Of a DNA stretch of 64,000 nt, positions 45,376 through 54,300 are shown in pieces. The stretch is from a virus. Positions within the stretch are counted from its first letter, which is position 1. Each line of letters opens with the position of its first letter. The notes beneath the pieces are model-generated. The model made no database searches. It was not told where the DNA came from and saw only the letters and a list, made by a program, of their open reading frames with translations. The stretch lies in IMG/VR virus record IMGVR_UViG_3300019762_000007, positions 1 through 64,000 of that record; one strand, given 5' to 3'. A program made the position numbers and the translations under genes.

Positions 45376-45571
45376 AATAAATTAGAAACAAACCTATATT
45401 TAAGTCTAAGCCCCTTAAATGCTAGGTATAGAAGTTATTAAGTAAACTATTATAAGAGCCTTCAGTGTTCATACACTTACTCGTTCTAGAGTAGCTTAGT
45501 TTACAATTAATAACTTCTATAGTTTCTAAGTAAATATTAAATAAGCTAATTATTAACTAATACTATTAATT

Positions 45572-45820
45572 ATGAATTTATTAAGCTACGTACTTATAGC
45601 AGTATTGTTTATATATGCTGTTATCACAGGTGTTTATACTTTCAAACAAAGAATAATCACAAGAAAAATTATTAAAACTAAAATCTCTGCATTAAATGCT
45701 GAACTAGAGCAAGCTAGAGAACAACAATCTTATTGTAAAGAAAGAGGTTGTTTGTATACAGGTAATTTAAATGATATAGGAAAAGAGATCAGTAACCTTA
45801 AAAAACAACTACTATGGTAA
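45572..45820 (+). CDS. Membrane-anchored hypothetical protein
   Basis: N-terminal TM. Confidence 0.55.
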   Translation: MNLLSYVLIAVLFIYAVITGVYTFKQRIITRKIIKTKISALNAELEQAREQQSYCKERGCLYTGNLNDIGKEISNLKKQLLW

Positions 45821-45889
45821 GAACAAAAAGACCTAGAATTGTTAGAAAGAAATACATATTAGTTTATTCTACTGAAAATAGGAGGAAAC

Positions 45890-48376
45890 ATGAGTGATTT
45901 ACGAATGCCGCTAAAGGTAGAAACTTTAGTGTTTGAGGAGTCCTCTAATAGCTTTGAAAATGTTAGTTTATGCGGATGTTCTATTGCATCTGGAAGGAAA
46001 GACTGTGATGATATACCTTGCGGACGATGTTATTTAAACGAAGATAACAGGAAAGACTTAACTAAATACCTAGAAGAAAATCCTTCTTTATATCCAAATA
46101 TCCGAAAAGCTATAGGTTTACCTAAAGAAGATATTAAAGATGTTCCTAAAGTATCTGATAAGTATTCTGAATATGATAAGTATAAAGAAGCTAGATTGAA
46201 GTTACCTATAAGTACAGCTATACATTGTAACTCTAGAGAAGAAAGAGATTTTATAGTATCAGAACAAGTGGAATCTACTTCTCCTTTTATAGAAAAAGGT
46301 TATATAAGACTGAAATATGGTTATGATACTTTATCTTTTGCTTTTAGAGAAAATATACCTGTGTATTCTTTTGAATCTTATCTTAAAGCTGATTTATCTA
46401 AGCCATTAAAGTTAGATAAAGACGGTAACATATTAAAAGACGAACCTTTTGTAGTTTCTATTGCAGATACTGCTACTGAAGAGCAGAAGAAAGCCAGAAG
46501 AGCTATTAAAGATATAATGGTTAAGTGTGAGTTACAAATACAATGGGACTTTATAGTAGAGGATTGTAAAATAGATCTCAATGTAGCTAGATGGGGAAGG
46601 TATAAAGAAGAGTCTTATATAGACATTCAAAACAGAACCTATGGTAAATGTCGTGTCACTAACAGTAAAGTCATATCATTTGAAGAGTGGTTACATTATA
46701 CACCAAAGACTGAAACTAAAAAAGAACCTTTCCACATGATAGGTGCTGGTAAGATTCAAGAGCTAGAAGTAGAAGGTACTATATATAAAGTTCCTGATAT
46801 TAGAGGTGTAGCAAAAGGATACGAAGCGTCCTTAGATGGATTTGATGAAGAAAATTTACATTTTTGTGAAGTATTGAATATCAATAACTGTGTTGTAATA
46901 CAGTGCAATCAATGTATATTAAACAGTTCTACTTTCGGCTTAGATAAATTCAAATCTTTAATAAAAACTAATCCTAATTATGCTGATTTAAAACCTTTAT
47001 TAACAAAACAAGACGAAGATGATAAAACCAATGTTCCCTTGAAATCAGAAGTTAAAGTAGAACCTGTAATTGAGTCTGAAAACAAAATAGAATCTATAAC
47101 CTCTAGTGATAATTCAATTGTCAAGGATTTGAAATATAATATAGGAGATCTAGTAGTAACTGATTCAGGTATTATGCGGAAAGTAGTGGATATAGATAGT
47201 AAAGGTTACACACTTCTAGAAGGGTCTCCGATTAAATGGAGAGATCATGAAATAGATCATACTCTAACTAATCTACTTCAGAGGAATCCTCATTTATTTG
47301 AGAGCGAATCTAACTTTAAAGATGTGTATAAAAATTCTAGTATAAATGAAGAACCTATGAAAGAGAGATTTAAACCTGGTGATAGAGTTAAGGTTATTGC
47401 CAATACTAGCGGGCATAGATTTAAAATAGGCTCTATCATTACTGTAAGAGAACTTAGTGAAAACGACTATTCATTTAAAGAAGGAGTATGGTATTTAACA
47501 GACAAGGAGCTAGAGTTACATGTAGAAGATTCTAAACCATCTATACTAGAAAGTAAGTTTAAGGTTGGTGATAAAGTCCGTATTGTTGCTTGTACGCATA
47601 ATCACGGATTTAAAATTGGTACTGTAGTCACTATAAAAAGCTATGGCTCAGATTTTTATAGTGTAGAGGAGGACCGTTGGGTGGTTACACCTGAAGAAAT
47701 TGAATTAGTTGAAAGGGCTACTCCTGTATCTAATGTACAAGAAAGCAAATTCAAAATCGGTGATAAGGTTAAAATAGTTGCTAATAATTGCAGTCATTAT
47801 TTCCAAATAGGCTCTATAAAAACTATAACTTTTGTCACATTTATAGGAAGTAAAAAAGGAGCTAGATATTATTTCAATAGGCAGGATACTTCTGGATATT
47901 TTGCAAAAGATGAAGATTTAGAACTAATTACTGAAGAAACAGAAGTAAGAGACCCAATATTATTTAAAGAAAAAACTTCTATAATAGTAGACTGTATAAC
48001 TTATGATGTACCTTGGAATATAGACGTTAATATAACTTGTGATGTTGAAGATGGTTATATATGTGGGTGTGATGCTTCTTCAGTTTCTTGTACAAAGATA
48101 GAATGTGGTAAATGCTTATTTAATTCAAATAACAGTAAGGTCTTTACTAATTTAGTTAAAACAGATTCTAGGTTTAGTATGTTTAAACATTTGTTACCTA
48201 AAGAGACTAAAGATCCTGTTGAATCAGTTTCTGAAAGTATTAGTTTAGTTGGTTACGGACTACGGGGCAAATCTTCTAGTAGCTTAATACCAAAGGAAAA
48301 ACCTATTAAGGAGTGTAAAAAAGAGGATAGTTTAACAACTTTCTCTCCAAGTATTTATAAAAAATTTAATATTTAA
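45890..48376 (+). CDS. Multidomain protein with Cys clusters and tandem SH3/KOW-like FKxGDxV repeats
   Basis: 828 aa; YNIGDLV, FKPGDRV, FKVGDKV, FKIGDKV; three CxxxxCxxC clusters. Confidence 0.65.
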   Translation: MSDLRMPLKVETLVFEESSNSFENVSLCGCSIASGRKDCDDIPCGRCYLNEDNRKDLTKYLEENPSLYPNIRKAIGLPKEDIKDVPKVSDKYSEYDKYKEARLKLPISTAIHCNSREERDFIVSEQVESTSPFIEKGYIRLKYGYDTLSFAFRENIPVYSFESYLKADLSKPLKLDKDGNILKDEPFVVSIADTATEEQKKARRAIKDIMVKCELQIQWDFIVEDCKIDLNVARWGRYKEESYIDIQNRTYGKCRVTNSKVISFEEWLHYTPKTETKKEPFHMIGAGKIQELEVEGTIYKVPDIRGVAKGYEASLDGFDEENLHFCEVLNINNCVVIQCNQCILNSSTFGLDKFKSLIKTNPNYADLKPLLTKQDEDDKTNVPLKSEVKVEPVIESENKIESITSSDNSIVKDLKYNIGDLVVTDSGIMRKVVDIDSKGYTLLEGSPIKWRDHEIDHTLTNLLQRNPHLFESESNFKDVYKNSSINEEPMKERFKPGDRVKVIANTSGHRFKIGSIITVRELSENDYSFKEGVWYLTDKELELHVEDSKPSILESKFKVGDKVRIVACTHNHGFKIGTVVTIKSYGSDFYSVEEDRWVVTPEEIELVERATPVSNVQESKFKIGDKVKIVANNCSHYFQIGSIKTITFVTFIGSKKGARYYFNRQDTSGYFAKDEDLELITEETEVRDPILFKEKTSIIVDCITYDVPWNIDVNITCDVEDGYICGCDASSVSCTKIECGKCLFNSNNSKVFTNLVKTDSRFSMFKHLLPKETKDPVESVSESISLVGYGLRGKSSSSLIPKEKPIKECKKEDSLTTFSPSIYKKFNI

Positions 48377-48403
48377 TTTTAATCATTTTAATAAATTTTA
48401 ATT

Positions 48404-48880
48404 ATGACAAGTAAAAAAGTAGAAGTAGTGAAGGTAAAAGAGTTAACAATCATGGCTAGAATCAAAGCTAAGTTTGAAATGGGTGAAATGGGACATATCA
48501 ACTCTTTCTTTATTAAGGAAGTAGATAAGTTGCGTTCTGATATCAAAGACATTCAATGGGATATTGATACCCTTACTCGTGAATATGAGAAAAAGTCTAA
48601 AGACTTAGAATCACTGGCTTTAACGGCTTTCGAAACTCTTGAAGCTGCTGCTGAAAACATCACTAACGAAGATGTTAAAACAGAAGCTGCTAAAAAAGCA
48701 TTTGCTCCTAAATATTGGAAAGGAGTAGAAAGTGCTGAAGCGGAAGTTAAAGCTGTAGAGGTTAGAGTTGACGAGCTTACTAAAAACTACAATGCTGAGA
48801 AAGAAAAGATGCAAACTGAAATCGCACTTCTTCAAAGCAGAGTAGATCTTATCTATGGCAAAGATGCTATAGAAGAATAA
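48404..48880 (+). CDS. Coiled-coil hypothetical protein
   Basis: 158-aa ORF. Confidence 0.65.
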   Translation: MTSKKVEVVKVKELTIMARIKAKFEMGEMGHINSFFIKEVDKLRSDIKDIQWDIDTLTREYEKKSKDLESLALTAFETLEAAAENITNEDVKTEAAKKAFAPKYWKGVESAEAEVKAVEVRVDELTKNYNAEKEKMQTEIALLQSRVDLIYGKDAIEE

Positions 48881-48947
48881 ATAAAAAGAATATATAAATA
48901 ATATAAAGTAAGCTTCTTAGTTGAGGCTTACTTTTAATGTTTTTATT

Positions 48948-49346
48948 ATGGTACTTACAGATACAGCAGAATATTGGCAAGATGTAAAAAGACATTATCC
49001 CTATACTGGACGTGAATTTTATCATATTCCAAATGCAAATTGCGGACACAGACATTTGCATGAAGCGAAAAGAATTGATGACGTAAATTGTTTTGCTTGT
49101 TTAAAGCTTATTGAACAAGGCTATGAACATGGGTTACCAAAAGGAGAGACGGACTTTAGAAGTAAAAAACAAAAGAAACGTGATAAACAGGCTGAGTTAG
49201 CTAAAATTGAACGAGAAAAGCTTGGAAAATGTAATTGCGGCTATCAGAGAGTAAAAAGACTAAATAAATCAAAAAACGAATATTTTTTAGGTTGCTCCAA
49301 TTATCCGAAATGTAAAATTACTAGTAGTATTTTAAATGTTTTGTAA
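48948..49346 (+). CDS. Protein with C-terminal topoisomerase-type C4 zinc ribbon
   Basis: CNCG...FLGCSNYPKC; ATG at 48948 preferred over TTG 48921. Confidence 0.6.
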   Translation: MVLTDTAEYWQDVKRHYPYTGREFYHIPNANCGHRHLHEAKRIDDVNCFACLKLIEQGYEHGLPKGETDFRSKKQKKRDKQAELAKIEREKLGKCNCGYQRVKRLNKSKNEYFLGCSNYPKCKITSSILNVL

Positions 49347-49410
49347 CAAGTGAATAAAGTTAATACTTTTATCTAGTAGTAAAAGTTAATACGCAACTAA
49401 AATATATTAT

Positions 49411-49517
49411 ACTAAGGTGGCGGAATTGGTAGACGCATACCTAGAAGCAGTGAAATGAAAGCAGTTACAGGTTCACAAGGTTACGGCAAGTTGCAGGTTC
49501 GAGTCCTGCCCTTAGTA
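49411..49517 (+). ncRNA. tRNA-Leu-like body with an extended, non-canonical anticodon arm
   Basis: Acceptor ACTAAGG/CCTTAGT plus A73, Leu-type D arm GCG-GAATTGGTAGA-CGC, T arm GCAGG-TTCGAGT-CCTGC; ~55 nt between D and T arms. Confidence 0.7.
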
Positions 49518-49541
49518 CTGAGTAATTAAATATTTAAACTT

Positions 49542-49997
49542 ATGATAGCAAACATTGTAGAAACATGTGTAAGAAAGCATACTGGAGGAGAAGAGTTCTT
49601 TACTGCTTTAGATTTAAGATTGAAAGATAGAACTATATTATGTAGCCTCTTAGATGAAGTACTAAAGTTCCAGTACCCAGAAGTAGAATCTATGGGTTTA
49701 GTGGTGTCTGGTAAGTTTGGTCAATTTGTGTCAGATAATTCCCCTACTGGTAACATACTGCACGTATCAGGAGGTTTAAGGGAAGATAAACCCTTAGAGA
49801 TAATAAGACATTTAGAAGATACAGAGTGTAAACACTTTATATTTCTAGATGATTCTTTTTATTCTGGTAAGACTAGAGATACTATTAAAGAATATTTAGA
49901 GAGTAACGGTAATACATTATTAGAGACATTTGTAGTATATGATGGCTCTAAAGAAAAAGATGAGAATGTACATTCTTTGTACAGATATTATAAATAA
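49542..49997 (+). CDS. Type I phosphoribosyltransferase-like protein
   Basis: PRPP-binding loop FIFLDDSFYSGKT. Confidence 0.7.
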   Translation: MIANIVETCVRKHTGGEEFFTALDLRLKDRTILCSLLDEVLKFQYPEVESMGLVVSGKFGQFVSDNSPTGNILHVSGGLREDKPLEIIRHLEDTECKHFIFLDDSFYSGKTRDTIKEYLESNGNTLLETFVVYDGSKEKDENVHSLYRYYK

Positions 49998-50002
49998 TAG
50001 AA

Positions 50003-50132
50003 GCTCCGTGTGAGGGAGACAATATAATAATAACAAGCTGAAATAGAAGGCTAATCTACTTCTGGTTCCTTTGGGGATAAGTAAGTTATTATTGGCAGCT
50101 AAATAGAGCTGGTTCGATGCCAGCATGGAGAT
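50003..50132 (+). ncRNA. tRNA-like RNA with stemless D region and branched insert
   Basis: CTCCGT/ATGGAG acceptor, TAATAATAAC/GTTATTATTG stem with two inner hairpins, T arm GCTGG-TTCGATG-CCAGC. Confidence 0.55.
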
Positions 50133-50273
50133 TAAAATCTCATTATCTCTGGAGATCTTTATTTAGCCTTCAAGCATGAAAGTGTTTGTCGTATAGAGAA
50201 ATCTAATTGTGCGACCTTGAGTTGATTACTCAAGGAGATATAAAAATTAATTACTAAATAAATAAAACTTATT

Positions 50274-50642
50274 ATGAAACAAACAAAAAGTGTTAACGAT
50301 TTAATGGTAGTTACAGATAAAATAACTATAGGATTAGTACCAAGTCAGAGAGTAATGGTTACTAAGAAAAGTATTATTGCTCAAACAGTACTAGCAACTC
50401 CTCACTCTTTGTACAAGAGTCTTGAAACTCCTATAAGAAAGAATATTTCTAAGGATTTATCAGTAGTAGTAACTAAGCATTCTACAGTAGGTTATCTTAC
50501 TTACTCAGTCTCTTTTAAGCCTTTAACTAATTTAGTTAAAGTATCTAATCAAGCTAAAGCTTTAGCAATGGCTACAGCTAGACAATTAAAAGCTTCTGCT
50601 ATGTTAGAGGATGCCCAGTTACTAATTGATTTTACTAAGTAA
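50274..50642 (+). CDS. Hypothetical protein
   Basis: 122-aa ORF. Confidence 0.6.
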   Translation: MKQTKSVNDLMVVTDKITIGLVPSQRVMVTKKSIIAQTVLATPHSLYKSLETPIRKNISKDLSVVVTKHSTVGYLTYSVSFKPLTNLVKVSNQAKALAMATARQLKASAMLEDAQLLIDFTK

Positions 50643-50794
50643 TGGTAGGATTATTATCAGTTATCTTAGTTATAGTTGGTTGGAACTCTATTGTTAACTC
50701 TGTTAGAATTAGAAAACTTGAGACTATTAAAGAAGATATTGAGTACCAGCTTCAAGAACTACAAGATGAAGTAGCAGAATTAAAGTGTAAATAA
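50642..50794 (+). CDS. Small TM plus coiled-coil protein (50 aa)
   Basis: MVGLLSVILVIVGW...; TAATG coupling to the upstream gene. Confidence 0.5.
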   Translation: MVGLLSVILVIVGWNSIVNSVRIRKLETIKEDIEYQLQELQDEVAELKCK

Positions 50795-50838
50795 CAATAG
50801 TGACTCTTCTTTGCAGGAGTCACTTTAAATAAAATTTT

Positions 50839-51054
50839 ATGGAAAATAAAGATAGGTCAGCTTTTTCTTGTGTAAATGATATTTACTTACAAGAAGGTTT
50901 AACTAAAAGAGAGTACTTTGCTGCTAAAGCTATGCAAGGTATATTAAGTAATAATCATTTACTTGAAAAGTTAGGTAACGTAGACGGAAATAATACGTCT
51001 TTAGCTGTAATTTCATATAGAGTAGCAGATACTATGTTAAATATAGATAAATAA
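50839..51054 (+). CDS. Conserved phage protein (GLTKREYFAAKAMQG family)
   Basis: Widespread phage motif. Confidence 0.65.
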   Translation: MENKDRSAFSCVNDIYLQEGLTKREYFAAKAMQGILSNNHLLEKLGNVDGNNTSLAVISYRVADTMLNIDK

Positions 51055-51063
51055 ATTAGTATT

Positions 51064-51309
51064 ATGAGTTGGAAATTTGAAAAATCGTTTAGAGAAGCGC
51101 ATCCTGAAACAATAGGGGAAACAGACAGTCATTTTGATTTAGACAATTATAAGGACTGGCTAGAAAAGCAATTAGAAGCTAAAGATAAAACTATAGCATC
51201 TTTGCAAGAAAGTCATGATTTCTTAGAGTGTCTTGAATCTGCTGGAGTAGATAATTGGGATGGTTATGAGCTTGCCCAATGCATGATGAAAGAAGACTAT
51301 GGGTATTAA
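51064..51309 (+). CDS. Small acidic protein with GVDNWDGY motif
   Basis: FLECLESAGVDNWDGYELA. Confidence 0.6.
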   Translation: MSWKFEKSFREAHPETIGETDSHFDLDNYKDWLEKQLEAKDKTIASLQESHDFLECLESAGVDNWDGYELAQCMMKEDYGY

Positions 51310-51347
51310 TACCTAATTGTTAGTCAATACAGTACAATTTCTTTTAG

Positions 51348-51355
51348 TATATTTG
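51348..51355 (+). promoter_or_regulatory. Bacteroidota -7 box TATATTTG upstream of the vRNAP gene
   Basis: Same octamer as the late promoters, 24 nt before ATG 51380. Confidence 0.6.
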
Positions 51356-51379
51356 ATAAAATTATTTAATATTAAAAAT

Positions 51380-54300
51380 ATGACGTGTAAAGTAACTAGT
51401 AAAGTTGAAGATTCTAAAAATCAACTAAAGTCAGTTGTATCACAAGTTGAGCCTAAAGAGTCATTGAATCCAATACCAGCAGGGTTTATATCCCATACTA
51501 CTTATGGTATAGCTGTGGACAATATGACTTCAGGCTTACTAAAAGAAATTACTGCTGTTAAAGAAGCAGGAGTTATTACTCAGGTTCCTTTAGGAGAAAT
51601 TACTTATGAAGATATTCATTCTGCTTATAAAAGAGTTGTAAATAGACTTGAAAAGATTCATACCGATAATCTAAGTAAGATTGCTAATATAGAGCAGAGA
51701 ATGCTTGAAGCTACTTTTGATGAAGCTAATAGACCTAAAGCTGAGAATGCAATATCTATAATAAAGGCAGCTAATCTAGAGCTAGTCGAAATGATGAGAC
51801 CTGATAATCATAGATTATTAGAGGACACTACCAGAATGTTAAAATCTTTAGGTATTAATGTTTCTTTGGCTAAACTAGAAGTATCTTTAATGTCTGAGGA
51901 GGATTATAAAGAGTTTTCTAAAGAGTATGAAGAGGAAAATGATGCTGAACAGAATAGTAAAGAGAGAATTTATTCTCAGGATTCTGCTTCTATAAACCCA
52001 AAAGATACTGTAGGTACAGTTATCAAGTTGTATCTACAAACTCAAGTTGAGAAGAGATATGATAAGGATGGTAATATAGTACAAGTAAGAGATCATAAAG
52101 GTTTCCCAAAGAAGATAAATGTTAGTAGGACTATTGCAGAGCTTTATTCAGTTCTTTCAGATATCAGTACTTATGAAGGAATGATAGAGAAACTTAAAGT
52201 TATTGGAACTGAAAATGCTAATCTAGCTTCTATAGCTAGTGACTTAGAAACTAAAGCTCTTGAAGACCCAGAAGCAGAATATGCTACTTTCGCTAATACT
52301 TTCTTTACAGTGTTTAATACAAGTTATACAGAAGGTAAAAAGATTATAAAGGATTTACAGATTGTAAATAAAGAAGATAATCCTGAAGCTGAAATGTGGG
52401 GATCAGAGTTTGGTACTGGTGAGCAATCACAAGAAATTGCTAAAATTTCTGTGATATCTTCAAATACTTCAGCAGGAGAAGAAGGTTTATTTAATGAATG
52501 GAAGTCTGCTTTCAATCTAATTCTCATTAAAAATAAGGAAAAAGAAGAAAGAGATTTCTTATTAAAGTCAGGTGCTCAGGTAGCTCTAGACTTGTTGAAT
52601 GCTGTTTCTTTATCTGAGAATACTTCTAAAGGTTTTGAGAAGGTTAAAGATATACTTCATTCTAGGTTTATCAATGTAATGAAAATTGCAGGTATAGAAA
52701 TGTCTCATGAAGGTATGAATGCTTTAAAGGAGAGTTTCGATTTCAGGGCCAGAAGGAAAGCTAAGATGGATGGGAAAGAGTATGTTGAAGCTCCTGCTGA
52801 ATATTTAGCTTATCTCAAGAATACTGTTAAATTTACAGTAGATGATTTCTTACATAAAGGAAAGAACTTTATTAATTCTAGTAATCAATCAGACAATCAA
52901 GTAGCTAAGATTAAAGACTTAGCTTCTGCCCAAAGATCCATTGGTACTGATGCTACAGTAGCTTCTTATATTAATGACAACCTCAAGACTTATTTTGCTA
53001 TCGGCAATTCAGATTATGTTAAAACTGTAGTAGCTTCTATTAAAAATGGATCATCTAGAGTTGTTAATAAGATTGCGGAATCTACTAGATTATTTAAAAA
53101 TCTAAGTAATGTAGACAATTTAGGGAAACCTTTAGCTGAAATTAATAGATTTGATACTGATGGTAGTGCTGGTGACTTTAAAGAGTATTCTGATTTAAGT
53201 CAAGCCTATACTACTAGACTTAATATGGCTTTCAATCCTTTATTTAAAGATAAGAAAGTAAGTACTGAAAAAGAGAAATACACTATTAGAGCTAAAGCAT
53301 TTAATAATGTTGGTTACTATTTTGTCCCAACTCTTAGTGATAGATCTCATGCTGACTTATTGAAGTCTTCTAGTCTTTTATCTAGAGATAGTAGAGGAGA
53401 AATTACATCTCCATTTGATACTTCTGGGAACTTAAAAGAAATATTCAGTAGAGAGTTTACTAATATATCTTTAGCTGAGGCTAATGAAGCTAATGAAGTT
53501 AGAATGTTACATACTCTAATGTCTAAGTGGGAAAAAGCTACAGATGAGCATTTCAATGAAGTTATTGCTATCTATGAAGAATCTGATTTAGGTACTTGGG
53601 TAGCTGAATTAAAAGAGTCTAAAGATTCTAAATTAGCAGATAAAATTAAATCTACTTTTGTTAAGAATTATCATGTTAATAAAAAAGGTGGTTTAGGAAA
53701 TGCTGGGTGGCTACAAATAGTTCCTCAGCTTAATACTCTTTTAGAATTTGACGAAACTACTGGAGCTATTGCTAATCTTGAGATATTATCTTCTCCTAAA
53801 GCATTAGAAGTAATTACTTCTTTTGTTAAAGAACAGTATAATTATTTTGAAGAAGAATTGATAGATGGAGGATTCTTAGGTAAGTCTGCAAAAGGTAATT
53901 TATTCCTTACTAGTGATTTAGGTGCTACTTTAATACAGAGCCCTCAAAGTAAGAATATGGTCGATTCTTTACAGTCTATGTTTATCAATGACTTATTGAA
54001 TAGCTACGAGTATATGATTAACTTCCAAGGAGGTGTACAATATAATACAGCAGCTGATTTTCAATCTTATTATGATTCTTATAAAACTGACCCTGCAACT
54101 GCAAAGTTAGATTTACAAGATATGATTATTGACTCTAATAAGCGTATGTCATTGCTAACTTCTCCCCAAAGTAAAGGTAGAATTTCTACTGATGAAAATC
54201 CTGGTGGCATGAAAGCTACATTTAAAGTAGCTATTTGTAAAGATGTTTATATTCAAAGTGCTTTTATGGACATGTATAAAGCAGTTCTTGCTAATAATGC

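Noticed and set aside
45881-45885. GGAGG Shine-Dalgarno before the 828-aa gene as a sign of foreign origin
   Set aside because: It is a single instance lying inside a short overlapping ORF (45814-45897, Arg-Arg codons), so it is probably chance.
50003-50132. tmRNA
   Set aside because: The stemless D region is similar, but it is only ~130 nt, with no G3.U70 pair and no tag ORF or pseudoknot region.
51317-51379. TTG start and 21-aa N-terminal extension of the vRNAP
   Set aside because: It overlaps the TATATTTG box; ATG 51380 has the typical A-rich initiation context.
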